Assembly (NCBI GenBank): GCA_012797175.1
Contig: JAAZPQ010000050.1
Location: 2,924 to 66,923 of the forward strand
Direction of reading: 5' to 3'
Source: Bacillota bacterium
GTDB taxonomy: Bacteria; Bacillota; Dethiobacteria; DTU022
DNA length: 64,000 nucleotides
Under the pieces are notes generated by a model. It was given only the letters and a program-made list of their open reading frames with translations. It had not been told where the DNA came from and did no database searches. The position numbers and the translations under genes are program-made. The number at the start of each line of letters is the position of its first letter. Within the stretch, counting starts at the first letter, position 1. This document shows, in pieces, positions 31,070 to 40,370 of the stretch.

Positions 31070-31720
31070 ATGCTCTGGTTGGACCTGGCAGTAGTCTGCT
31101 TGATGATGTGGGGGGCGGTTAACGGTTACCAGGCCGGTTGGCGCAAAGCACTTTGCCGCCTGGGGGGGCTGCTCTGTGCGACGTTAACCGCACTTCTGAG
31201 CAGGAAAGAGCTGATCTGTTTTGGGGCCCGGCACAGCCCCCTCGAAAGGGTTATCGAGACCATGGTAGAAAGCCGTCTGGCCATCCCGGTGAGCGGCGGG
31301 CATTTTGGCAGTGCGGCAGCATCATATTCTCTGGATTTGCCCGGGGTATTATGGGAGGCGTTACTTGCGGGGCAGACCCAGCCTGTAGGCGGAAGCCCAG
31401 ATTACCTGGTGACCCTGCTGGTGCAGTTGCTTGGTTACACCGTGGCATTTCTAACCGGCCTGACCCTCTGGTGGGGTTTTTTTCACCTGTGTAGCGCGGC
31501 CCTGGCGGGAAAAGAAGACGGCTGGTTAAGTAAGCCCTCCAGATGGGGCGGAGCCCTGATCGGCTCGGTCAGGCAGTTCTGCTGTGCAACTTTGTTGATC
31601 GGGATTGCCGTTCCTTTAGCCTGGTTGTTACGGATACCTTCCGGGTTGCTGCAGCTGGAAAAGACCTCTTTAGCCCGGTGGGCCTGGAATTTTTTTTTAA
31701 GCCTCGGGGTTTGGTATTAA
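31070..31720 (+). CDS. CvpA-family membrane protein
   Basis: 216 aa; N-terminus WLDLAVV and multiple TM segments. Confidence 0.5.
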   Translation: MLWLDLAVVCLMMWGAVNGYQAGWRKALCRLGGLLCATLTALLSRKELICFGARHSPLERVIETMVESRLAIPVSGGHFGSAAASYSLDLPGVLWEALLAGQTQPVGGSPDYLVTLLVQLLGYTVAFLTGLTLWWGFFHLCSAALAGKEDGWLSKPSRWGGALIGSVRQFCCATLLIGIAVPLAWLLRIPSGLLQLEKTSLARWAWNFFLSLGVWY

Positions 31721-31817
31721 AGCTCTTTTTAGTCAGCAAGCAGGAATTGACGGAAAAAAGAAGAACATTATATCCTTGGAATCAGATCCTTGGGTGTCCC
31801 AAAAGTGAGGGAAAAAG

Positions 31818-32471
31818 ATGCTGATTATTTTGTTGGGTCCTCCGGGTGCAGGTAAAGGAACACAAGCGGAGCGTTTGGTTAAGCAATATAACCTGGCTTA
31901 TATCGCCACAGGAGATATTCTCCGGGCAGCGGTAAAGAGCGGATCTCCTTTAGGAAAGCAGGCTAAGACCTTTATGGAACAGGGTCAGCTGGTTCCTGAT
32001 GAGGTCGTAGTCGGAATTGTCCGCGAACGGCTCACTGCTCCCGATTGCGCCGCCGGCGCGATTCTAGATGGCTTTCCCCGCACCGTGGCCCAGGCCCAGG
32101 CCCTGGACCAGGTCCTGGAGGAGATAGGCACCAAGATAGACCGGGTTATCCATATCGAGGTTGATGAAGAGGAGCTGATCACCCGCCTGACGGGGCGAAG
32201 AGTATGCCGGGAATGTGCGGCTACATATCACATTAAATTTAATCCGCCCAAGGTGCGTAATGTCTGCGATCAGTGTGGTGGAGAGCTTTACCAAAGAGAA
32301 GATGATTCTCTGTCCACGGTTCAGGAAAGACTAGTGGTTTACAACAAACAGACAGCCCCGCTCATTGATTATTACAACCGCGAAGGTCTGTTGACCGTGA
32401 TAGACGGTAACCGGGAGATTGAGCAGATCTTTTCTCAAATCAGCTCTGCTCTAGAAACGGGGTCCTCTTAG
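31818..32471 (+). CDS. adk: Adenylate kinase (zinc-lid type)
   Basis: 217 aa; P-loop GPPGAGKGTQ; Cys4 lid (CRECAATYH...CDQCG). Confidence 0.9.
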   Translation: MLIILLGPPGAGKGTQAERLVKQYNLAYIATGDILRAAVKSGSPLGKQAKTFMEQGQLVPDEVVVGIVRERLTAPDCAAGAILDGFPRTVAQAQALDQVLEEIGTKIDRVIHIEVDEEELITRLTGRRVCRECAATYHIKFNPPKVRNVCDQCGGELYQREDDSLSTVQERLVVYNKQTAPLIDYYNREGLLTVIDGNREIEQIFSQISSALETGSS

Positions 32472-32674
32472 TGGAGCCTTACCGTATCGGGCAGGTTGTC
32501 CAGATGAAAAAGGGACACCCTTGCGGCGCCAATCGCTGGCAGATTACCAGGGTAGGAATGGACTTTCGGATTAGGTGCCTACATTGCGGACGCAGTGTCT
32601 TGATGCCACGGAAACGGTTTATGCGGCGGGTTAAAAAAATCATCCTTGAAGATCCTATGGAAGACAAAAGATAA
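32471..32674 (+). CDS. DUF951-family small protein (YyzM-like), GTG start overlapping the adk stop by 1 nt
   Basis: 67 aa; HPCG.NRW and C..C motifs; adjacent to ychF as in B. subtilis. Confidence 0.7.
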   Translation: MEPYRIGQVVQMKKGHPCGANRWQITRVGMDFRIRCLHCGRSVLMPRKRFMRRVKKIILEDPMEDKR

Positions 32675-32686
32675 GGGGGACGCCAG

Positions 32687-33763
32687 TTGTCATGGAGTTG
32701 TGGGATCGTCGGCCTGCCTAATGCCGGCAAATCAACGCTATTTAAAGCGCTAACGGCGATCGATGTGCCCATTGATAGCTACCCCTTTACGACTATTGAA
32801 CCGAACGTAGCGGTGGTCCCCTTAGAAGATCCTCGCTTGAAGGCCCTGGCGGAGCTCTGCTCATCAAAAAAGGTGACCCCGCCGATAATACGTATTGTCG
32901 ATGTTGCCGGCCTGGTGAAGGGAGCCAGCAGAGGCGAAGGGCTGGGAAACCGCTTTTTAGGGGAGCTGCGCAACGTAGACCTGCTGCTCCATGTCGTCGC
33001 TGGATATGAGCGATTTGACGGGGCGGGGAACGATCCGGCAGAGCGTGCGGCCGTGGTAAACCTGGAGCTGATACTGGCCGATCTGGATGCGGTGGCCCGG
33101 CGGAGAAAGAAGATCCATCTGCAGCAGAAAAGCGGTTCCAAGGAGGCTGCTGCTGAGCTTCTATTTCTTGACCGTCTTGAAGAGCAGTTGCAACGTGGTG
33201 CGCCAGCCCGCCTCCTTCCCCTGGAAACTGGCGAGGAAGAGTTTTTAAGCCAACTATTTTTACTGACCTCCAAGAAGATGCTCTATATTTTTAACCGTGC
33301 TGAAAACGGTGGCCCTGTAGAACCACCGGAAGAGCTAGTTAAATTGGCCCGGGATGAACGTAGCCCATTGATCTCGCTTTGTGCCCGTCTTGAAGCGGAG
33401 ATTGGAGAACTGCCTGATGATGAAAAGGGACTGTTTTTAAAGGAATACGGCCTGAAGGAGTCCCAGGTGAAAGAGTTATTGCAGGAATGCTACCATCTTC
33501 TGGATCTAATTACCTTTTATACAGTTAAAGGCGAAGAGGCCCGGGCCTGGTTTATCCCCCGTGGAACGACCGCTCTTGAAGCAGCTTTTAAGGTTCATAC
33601 AGATATCGGCCGGGGATTTATCAATGCCGAGGTGATCTCCTGGGATCTCTTGATCGAGGCGGGCGGGCTAACGGCGGCACGCGAACAGGGAGCCGTGCGT
33701 ACTGAGGGACGGGATTATCCGGTAGTTGACGGCGACGTATTATATATTCGTTTTCGCGACTAA
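32687..33763 (+). CDS. ychF: Ribosome-binding ATPase YchF
   Basis: 358 aa; GIVGLPNAGKSTLF; TGS domain at the C-terminus. Confidence 0.9.
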   Translation: MSWSCGIVGLPNAGKSTLFKALTAIDVPIDSYPFTTIEPNVAVVPLEDPRLKALAELCSSKKVTPPIIRIVDVAGLVKGASRGEGLGNRFLGELRNVDLLLHVVAGYERFDGAGNDPAERAAVVNLELILADLDAVARRRKKIHLQQKSGSKEAAAELLFLDRLEEQLQRGAPARLLPLETGEEEFLSQLFLLTSKKMLYIFNRAENGGPVEPPEELVKLARDERSPLISLCARLEAEIGELPDDEKGLFLKEYGLKESQVKELLQECYHLLDLITFYTVKGEEARAWFIPRGTTALEAAFKVHTDIGRGFINAEVISWDLLIEAGGLTAAREQGAVRTEGRDYPVVDGDVLYIRFRD

Positions 33764-33800
33764 GGCTTCCGGGGGTAACGCCGCGAGCAAAAAAACAAAT

Positions 33801-33829
33801 TTGCTCGTGATGGTGAAATATGCTATGAT
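33801..33829 (+). promoter_or_regulatory. Putative sigma-A promoter of the rpsF-ssb-rpsR operon (TTGCTC-17-TATGAT)
   Basis: Motifs seen at 33801..33806 and 33824..33829. Confidence 0.4.
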
Positions 33830-33889
33830 TATCTGAAACAGCCCTGCTCCGTTTAACGGGGCCGTCAGTCCAGAGGGAGGTGAGCCGCA

Positions 33890-34177
33890 TTGGCTGTCTA
33901 CGAAACCATGTTTATTCTTCAACCGGAACTTGAAAGCGAAGCCGAAGAAGAGCTGATGAAAAATCTCCAGGCCGTTTTACAGAGACTCGGAGGAGAGATT
34001 ACCAAGACCGACGACTGGGGAAAACGCAAGCTAGCCTACGCAATTAACAAGTTTACCGAGGGGCATTATTACGTACTGCAATTCACAGGATCCCATGAGA
34101 TCGTCCCCGAACTCGAACACTTCTTCCGGGTTAACGACGCGGTGATCCGATTTATCATCGTACGGGAAGACGAGTAA
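33890..34177 (+). CDS. rpsF: 30S ribosomal protein S6 (TTG start)
   Basis: 95 aa; matches S6 (FILQPELE..WGKRKLAYAINK..HYYVLQF..NDAVIRFI); AGGGAGGTGA RBS. Confidence 0.85.
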   Translation: MAVYETMFILQPELESEAEEELMKNLQAVLQRLGGEITKTDDWGKRKLAYAINKFTEGHYYVLQFTGSHEIVPELEHFFRVNDAVIRFIIVREDE

Positions 34178-34201
34178 ATTACTCATTTTAGAAAAAAGGC
34201 G

Positions 34202-34600
34202 GTGCATGGGATGCTGAACCTGGTAGTGTTGATTGGTCGTTTGACCCGGGATCCGGAGCTCCGTTACACCCCCGGGAACGGCACGGCGGTAGCCACATTT
34301 ACTCTGGCTGTCGACCGGTCTTTTGCCAACAGGCAGGGTGAAAGAGAAACTGACTTTATTAGGATCGTTACCTGGGACAAGCTGGCTGAAACCTGTGCCA
34401 ACTATCTTCAGAAAGGAAGGCTGGTAGCGGTAACAGGGCGTTTGCAGATACGCTCTTATGATGACAAAGAAGGGATTCGCCGCAAAGCAGCTGAAGTAGT
34501 AGCCCGTGATGTCAGGTTTCTGGAGCCGCCGCGCAGCGAAGAGACAGATTCCTTTCCAGGTGACGAAATCTCCGTTAGCGAAGATGATATTCCCTTTTGA
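34202..34600 (+). CDS. ssb: Single-stranded DNA-binding protein
   Basis: 132 aa; OB fold; acidic C-terminal tail ending DDIPF. Confidence 0.9.
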   Translation: MHGMLNLVVLIGRLTRDPELRYTPGNGTAVATFTLAVDRSFANRQGERETDFIRIVTWDKLAETCANYLQKGRLVAVTGRLQIRSYDDKEGIRRKAAEVVARDVRFLEPPRSEETDSFPGDEISVSEDDIPF

Positions 34601-34613
34601 GGAGGTTGGTTAA

Positions 34614-34844
34614 TTGAGGCGCGAGAGGGGCCGCAGACCCAAAAGAAAAATTTGCAGTTTCTGCGTGGATAAAGTTGAGCAGGTTGATTACAAACAGTAT
34701 GATAAACTAAGGCGTTTTATTACTGAGCGAGGCAAAATTCTACCCCGGCGTATCTCTGGCAACTGTGCCAAACATCAGCGCCAGTTGACCCGGGCAATTA
34801 AAAGAGCACGGATCATGGCCTTGCTTCCCTTTACCTCCGAATAA
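34614..34844 (+). CDS. rpsR: 30S ribosomal protein S18
   Basis: 76 aa; CSFC..VDYK...[19 protein letters not shown]. Confidence 0.9.
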   Translation: MRRERGRRPKRKICSFCVDKVEQVDYKQYDKLRRFITERGKILPRRISGNCAKHQRQLTRAIKRARIMALLPFTSE

Positions 34845-34869
34845 ACAGATAAAAAGGGCCCGCCATAAA

Positions 34870-34906
34870 AACGGTGCTGGAGACTTCTGTTACCGGCGCC
34901 GTTTTT
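34870..34906 (+). terminator. Rho-independent terminator after rpsR
   Basis: 11-bp stem AACGGTGCTGG / CCGGCGCCGTT (two G-U pairs), 12-nt loop, then TTTTT. Confidence 0.6.
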
Positions 34907-35031
34907 TAGCTTTTTAAACAGGGCAGGAGCCCGCTGCTCCCGGCGCGAAATATAATCTTAAGTGTACTAAATGTATAGCGGATGACCGCCGGCAGCTATT
35001 TATGTTCAGAACATTAGAAGGGGTGGATTCG

Positions 35032-35478
35032 ATGAAGGTTATCTTGAAAGAAGATATACCCGGCCTGGGGGAAAAAGGTGAGATCAAAGAGGTTGCTCCC
35101 GGCTACGGGCGCAACCTGCTTATCCCCAAAGGATTAGCCGAAGAGGCTACGCCGGGGCGCTTGAAGGAGTTACAGCACCAGGAGCAGGTCTTGAAGAGAA
35201 AAAAGCAGCGGCTTCTCGAGGAAAGCCAGGTTCAGGCGGAGCGCCTGGCACAGCAGGAGCTCCGGTTTAGGCTGGCTGCCGGCGAAGGAGGACGGCTCTT
35301 TGGATCGGTGACTGCAGCTGATATTGCCGGAGAATTACAGCGGTTAGGGTTTAACGTGGATAAGAAAAAAGTTATACTCGAAGAACCAATTAAAGCTACC
35401 GGCCGGTACGAGATCACCGTAAAACTATATTCCGGAGTCCAGGCCGAGGTAGTGGTAGAGGTGGAAGAAGAGAGCTAG
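35032..35478 (+). CDS. rplI: 50S ribosomal protein L9
   Basis: Conserved N-terminus [28 protein letters not shown] starts at the internal ATG 35032; the track ORF begins at 35002. Confidence 0.9.
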   Translation: MKVILKEDIPGLGEKGEIKEVAPGYGRNLLIPKGLAEEATPGRLKELQHQEQVLKRKKQRLLEESQVQAERLAQQELRFRLAAGEGGRLFGSVTAADIAGELQRLGFNVDKKKVILEEPIKATGRYEITVKLYSGVQAEVVVEVEEES

Positions 35479-35488
35479 GAGGCAGATC

Positions 35489-37399
35489 ATGGAGCCTGAG
35501 CAGCAGTCGACAGAGCATCACAGGCGGCTAAGCGCCTTGATCGACCTGGTTAACCGTGTTTACGGGACCGAAAAGATGATTTTAAAGGCGGGAAAATTGG
35601 AAGCGCTTTCGTTGATTCGCTCCCGCAAGCCGGCACAGCAACTGCTCGGTTTACAGCGGCTGGTTTTTGAAAATCCTACTTTAAGCGAGATCCCCGCGGA
35701 GGAAGAATATCCGCATGTTTTTAATGAGCTGGAAGAGGAGCTAGCTGAACAGCTGGCCAGGCATTCGCTTGAAGAAGCGCTGGAATTAAAAATTAAAGAG
35801 CGTCTTGAGGAACAACATGAAGAGTATCTTCTGGAAGTAAAAAAAGAGATTATCCGGGAATGGAGTGGGGTGGAAAATCCACAAACTCTAAAAAAATATG
35901 CCCGGACAGAGAAAATGTTTGCGCAGCAGCTCTCCCGCTCTGCCCAGGAGATGCTCCGCCCGGCGGGACTGGACCAGATTATCGGGCAAAGTGAGGCGGT
36001 GACGGCGCTTGTTTCCAAGCTGGCTTCACCATACCCGCCGCATATTATTCTCTACGGTCCTCCCGGTGTGGGGAAGACTACCGCTGCCCGCCTGGCCTTA
36101 AAGAGCGTCCTGAAAATCCCGGGAGCAATCTTTTCAGAGGAGGCCCCTTTTGTGGAGGTTGATGGGGCTACCTTGCGTTGGGACCCCCGCGAAATTGCCG
36201 ATCCGCTGCTCGGTTCGGTTCATGACCCGATCTACCAGGGAGCGCGTCGGAACCTGGTTGAAGGTGGGATCCCGGAACCGAAACTGGGGTTGGTCTCCGA
36301 GGCCCACGGCGGAATTCTTTTTATTGATGAAATTGGTGAAATGGACTTTGCGTTGCAAAATAAACTTCTCAAGGTGCTTGAAGATAAACGGGTTATCTTT
36401 GACTCAGCCTATTACGATCCCACCGACACGCAGGTGCCGAAATATATCCGGCTCCTTTTCGAGCAGGGTGCTCCGGCTGATTTTGTATTGATCGGGGCGA
36501 CGACCCGCTTTCCGGAAGCAATCTCACCAGCTTTTCGCTCGCGCTGTTCTGCGGTCTACTTCGAGCCGCTTACACCTGTCGAGATAGAGGAGATCGTGCA
36601 TAGCTCTGCGGCGAGGTTAAACCTGGCTATTGAACCGGAGGCGGCCCGCCTGGTAAGCCGTTATACCTGTGAAGGCCGGCGGGCAGTGAACCTGCTGGTT
36701 GATGCTTACGGGCGGGCTCTTTACGAGCAGCAATGCCGGGGCGAAGGAGGTCAGAAGCTTCTAATCAGCGCTGCGCTGATGCAGAAAGTGCTGGTAAGCA
36801 ACCGTCTTTATCCCCTAAGCCCGGTCTCGACAGGGGAGAAAGCTGAAACCGGCCGAGTGCTGGCTCTTGGCGTGAGCGGCTTTACCGGGCAGGTGTTGGA
36901 GATTGAAGCGCTGGCTTTTCCGGCAGCCGCACCGGGCCGGGGGAGCATACGCTTCAATGAAACTGCGGGCTCGATGGCCCGGGACTCTGTTTTTGTGGCC
37001 GCGTCGCTTCTACGCAAGCTGACCGGTGTCGATCTTAAAGATTTTGATCTCCATCTTAACGTTGTCGGCGGTGGTAACATCGATGGGCCCTCCGCTGGGG
37101 CGGCCATCTTTTTGGCCATACTAAGCGCCGTGAAAGAGTTGCCGCTACGGCAAGATTGCGCGGTTACCGGTGAAATATCCTTGCGCGGACAGCTAAAACC
37201 GGTTGGCGGGATCACCGAAAAAATTTATGGGGCCCATCTTGCCGGCTTGAACAAAGTGGTTATTCCGGCAGAAAATGAGACAGAGCCCAGCCGCCGCTTC
37301 CCCGGTATGAAGATTGCGGTAGCCGGAGATATCGAAGGGTTGCTGCCTCACTTTTTATCGCGCAGCGCCGTCCAACAACTGCGAACGAAGGAGAGTTAA
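35489..37399 (+). CDS. lonC: Lon-family ATP-dependent protease, LonC-like (endospore-former paralog)
   Basis: 636 aa; AAA+ Walker A GPPGVGKTT; C-terminal S16 protease domain with DGPSAG and GGITEK; conserved position between rplI and dnaB. Confidence 0.75.
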   Translation: MEPEQQSTEHHRRLSALIDLVNRVYGTEKMILKAGKLEALSLIRSRKPAQQLLGLQRLVFENPTLSEIPAEEEYPHVFNELEEELAEQLARHSLEEALELKIKERLEEQHEEYLLEVKKEIIREWSGVENPQTLKKYARTEKMFAQQLSRSAQEMLRPAGLDQIIGQSEAVTALVSKLASPYPPHIILYGPPGVGKTTAARLALKSVLKIPGAIFSEEAPFVEVDGATLRWDPREIADPLLGSVHDPIYQGARRNLVEGGIPEPKLGLVSEAHGGILFIDEIGEMDFALQNKLLKVLEDKRVIFDSAYYDPTDTQVPKYIRLLFEQGAPADFVLIGATTRFPEAISPAFRSRCSAVYFEPLTPVEIEEIVHSSAARLNLAIEPEAARLVSRYTCEGRRAVNLLVDAYGRALYEQQCRGEGGQKLLISAALMQKVLVSNRLYPLSPVSTGEKAETGRVLALGVSGFTGQVLEIEALAFPAAAPGRGSIRFNETAGSMARDSVFVAASLLRKLTGVDLKDFDLHLNVVGGGNIDGPSAGAAIFLAILSAVKELPLRQDCAVTGEISLRGQLKPVGGITEKIYGAHLAGLNKVVIPAENETEPSRRFPGMKIAVAGDIEGLLPHFLSRSAVQQLRTKES

Positions 37400-37402
37400 G
37401 CG

Positions 37403-38758
37403 ATGGTTCTCACCGGTGATAAGATTCCTCCCCAGAGCATCGAGGCAGAGCAGTCTGTCCTGGGATCGATGATTATCGATAAGGAGGCGATCTTTGCTGC
37501 GGCGGAGATGCTTCGAGAAGCCGACTTTTACCGGACCGCTCACCAGAAGATCTTCGAGGCGATTATGGGCTTAAGTGAAAAGGGCGAACCGGTAGACCTG
37601 GTGACCCTTGCCGAGGAGTTACAGCGACAGCATTCTCTTGAAGAAGCAGGTGGGACGGCCTATTTAAGTGCTCTGGCCGGGGCGGTTCCGACAGCGGCAA
37701 ATGTTCAGTATTACGCTCTCATTGTTCGCGAAAAATCCATTTTACGCTCATTGATTGGCACCGCTACAAAGATTGTAGCGGGATGTTACGAAGGACCGCC
37801 AGATGTAGAGGAGTTTCTTGACGCGGCCGAACAACAGATTTTTGAGATTGGCCGGCAGGGTAAACAGCAGGGTTTTATCCCCCTGAAGGAGGTTCTTAAG
37901 GAGACCTTTGACCGGATTGAGCGGCTTTTTGACGAGAAAAAGGGGGTCACCGGACTGGCCACCGGTTTTACCGATCTGGATACGATCTGTTCAGGTTTGC
38001 AGCAATCTGACCTGATCATTGTGGCGGCCCGGCCGAGCATGGGGAAAACAACCCTGGCTCTGAACATGGCCCATCATATTGCCGTCAAGGAGAAGAAGCC
38101 GACCGCCTTTTTCAGCCTGGAGATGTCTAGGGAGCAGCTAGCCCAACGGATGCTCTGTGCCGAGGCGAAGATCGATGCACATAATCTGCGCCGCGGTATA
38201 CTCTCCCAGGAAGAATGGCAGAAGCTGACGCGTGCCGTGGGCCCTTTAAGTGAAGCACCGCTCTACATCGATGACTCTGCATCGCTTTCGGTGATGGAGG
38301 TGCGGGCCAAAGCCCGTCGCCTGAAGGCCGAGAGAGGGCTGGAGGCGGTTTTTGTTGATTACCTGCAATTAATGCGTGGTTTCAGCCGGGCAGAGAACCG
38401 GCAGCAGGAGCTCTCCGAAATATCACGTTCTTTAAAAGCGCTGGCCAAGGAGCTCTCCATTCCGGTGGTGGCCCTATCCCAGTTAAGCCGTGCCGTAGAA
38501 AAGAGAGAAAGTCGCCGCCCTATTTTAAGCGATCTCATGGAATCGGGAGGCATCGAAGCCAACGCTGACGTGGTTCTTTTTATTTATCGGGAATCTTATT
38601 ATCACAAGGATACAGATAAAGGGAATATTGCTGAAATAATTGTCGCCAAGCAGCGGAATGGTCCGGTGGGCATGATCGAGCTTTGTTTCCTGGATCGCTA
38701 CAACTGCTTTGCCAATATTGCCCGCGATGAAGAGAATGGAGTAACGCAGGGCTCTTGA
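37403..38758 (+). CDS. dnaB: Replicative DNA helicase DnaB
   Basis: 451 aa; N-terminal domain PQSIEAEQSVLGSMI; RecA-like core with Walker A (ARPSMGKTTLALN). Confidence 0.95.
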   Translation: MVLTGDKIPPQSIEAEQSVLGSMIIDKEAIFAAAEMLREADFYRTAHQKIFEAIMGLSEKGEPVDLVTLAEELQRQHSLEEAGGTAYLSALAGAVPTAANVQYYALIVREKSILRSLIGTATKIVAGCYEGPPDVEEFLDAAEQQIFEIGRQGKQQGFIPLKEVLKETFDRIERLFDEKKGVTGLATGFTDLDTICSGLQQSDLIIVAARPSMGKTTLALNMAHHIAVKEKKPTAFFSLEMSREQLAQRMLCAEAKIDAHNLRRGILSQEEWQKLTRAVGPLSEAPLYIDDSASLSVMEVRAKARRLKAERGLEAVFVDYLQLMRGFSRAENRQQELSEISRSLKALAKELSIPVVALSQLSRAVEKRESRRPILSDLMESGGIEANADVVLFIYRESYYHKDTDKGNIAEIIVAKQRNGPVGMIELCFLDRYNCFANIARDEENGVTQGS

Positions 38759-38771
38759 AGGGATGAACTAG

Positions 38772-40166
38772 ATGCGTATGAAGTATGATGTGGTTATTGT
38801 CGGAGCCGGTCCGGCCGGTATTTTTGCGGCGCTGGAGCTATGCCGTCAAGAGGGGGTTCGCATCTTGTTACTGGATAAAGGTGCAGCCCTGGGGAAGCGT
38901 AAATGTGCTACTCTGGGCGAATACGGACGCTGCAAGCGCTGTGAACCCTGTGCTATCACCTGTGGCTGGGGTGGCGCCGGGGCGTTCAGTGACGGCAAGC
39001 TGACTCTTTCACCGGAATTTGGAGGGAGCTTAAACGAATACCTCTCTCTTTCGTCTTTGGAGCAGTTGATCCACTATGTAGATGAGGTTTATCTCGCCGC
39101 TGGCGCCGAAGATATTCTCTTCGGCACTGATACCGCGGCCATAAAAGAGCTCCAGCGAGAGGCCGCTGCAGCGGGGTTGCACCTGGTTCCGGCGCAGATC
39201 AGGCACCTGGGAACAGAAAATTGCTACCTCGTCCTCGAGAAGATGTACCGCCGGCTAGAGAAGCAGGTCGATATTGCTACCGGAACCGAAGTGGTTGCAA
39301 TCAGCTCTTCCGGCGGACAGGTGACCGGTGTAGAGCTGGCTTCAGGGGAGCAGATCCAGGCCGATTACGTGATCTGCGGCCCAGGGAGAGCCGGAGCCGA
39401 ATGGATGCACAGCGAGGCTTCACGGCTGGGACTGGAAGGAACAAACAACCCGGTAGATATCGGGCTGCGGGTCGAGGTGCCGGCGGTTCTGCTGGAACAT
39501 ATTACCAGTAAGGTTCACGAGTCGAAGCTGATCTACTTTTCACGTTCTTTTGATGACCGCGTGCGCACCTTCTGCATGAATCCGTATGGCGTAGTCGTCA
39601 CTGAGAATAACGGAGGGCTGGTTACGGTTAATGGGCATAGCTATGCGGAGAAGAGAAGCAACAATACCAACTTTGCCCTGCTGGTGAGCAAAACGTTTAC
39701 CGAGCCGTTTAACGAGCCTATTCGTTACGGTAAATATATTGCCAGCCTGGCTAACATGCTGGGAGATGGGGTTATGGTGCAGCGCCTGGGCGATCTGCAG
39801 ATGGGCCGTCGTTCCACGGCCGAGCGAATCGGCCGCGGCTTGGTCCGGCCGACCCTCGAAGAGGCGACACCCGGAGATCTAAGCCTAGCTCTCCCTTATC
39901 GCCATCTTCTTTCGATTATGGAGATGTTGGAGGCTTTGGATAAGTTGGCCCCCGGGATCAATTCGCCCCACACCCTTCTTTATGGCGTAGAGGTTAAATT
40001 TTATTCCTTCCGGCTTCGTTTAACCCGTCACCTGGAGACCGATTTGGCCAACCTTTTTGCTGTCGGCGACGGAGCTGGTGTCACCAGGGGATTGATTCAG
40101 GCCTCGGCTTCTGGTGTTCTAGCGGCACGGGAGATCTGCCGCCGTCTCGATAGCGGGATTGAATAA
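38772..40166 (+). CDS. FAD-dependent dehydrogenase, COG2509-like, with Cys cluster
   Basis: 464 aa; YDVVIVGAGPAGIFAA; CxxxxxxxxCxxCxxCxxxC cluster. Confidence 0.65.
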   Translation: MRMKYDVVIVGAGPAGIFAALELCRQEGVRILLLDKGAALGKRKCATLGEYGRCKRCEPCAITCGWGGAGAFSDGKLTLSPEFGGSLNEYLSLSSLEQLIHYVDEVYLAAGAEDILFGTDTAAIKELQREAAAAGLHLVPAQIRHLGTENCYLVLEKMYRRLEKQVDIATGTEVVAISSSGGQVTGVELASGEQIQADYVICGPGRAGAEWMHSEASRLGLEGTNNPVDIGLRVEVPAVLLEHITSKVHESKLIYFSRSFDDRVRTFCMNPYGVVVTENNGGLVTVNGHSYAEKRSNNTNFALLVSKTFTEPFNEPIRYGKYIASLANMLGDGVMVQRLGDLQMGRRSTAERIGRGLVRPTLEEATPGDLSLALPYRHLLSIMEMLEALDKLAPGINSPHTLLYGVEVKFYSFRLRLTRHLETDLANLFAVGDGAGVTRGLIQASASGVLAAREICRRLDSGIE

Positions 40167-40282
40167 CAGATGGCATAACAGGTAATTATACCCATAAAAC
40201 AGCGATAGCGATACAACCCCTTCCGGGATGGGCGGGACTTTTTTTCTTTAGGGCAGGAGTTTTAGAGTTAATGGAGAACTAA

Positions 40283-40330
40283 TTAAGATATCTTAATGAT
40301 TGTTAAGGATAAAGATTTTATCTTAACAAT
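40283..40330. promoter_or_regulatory. Palindromic elements upstream of the M23 peptidase gene (candidate operator)
   Basis: Perfect 14-bp palindrome TTAAGATATCTTAA at 40283..40296; 9-bp inverted repeat ATTGTTAAG(14 nt)CTTAACAAT at 40299..40330. Confidence 0.35.
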
Positions 40331-40370
40331 TCAGCTATTTTTGCCTGACTGGCCCCAAAGGAGGTTTTTT

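Noticed and set aside
40296-40370. Upstream extension of the M23 peptidase ORF (MIVKDKDFILTIQLF...)
   Set aside because: No RBS, AT-rich palindromic DNA, and a strong AAGGAGG-ATG start at 40371.
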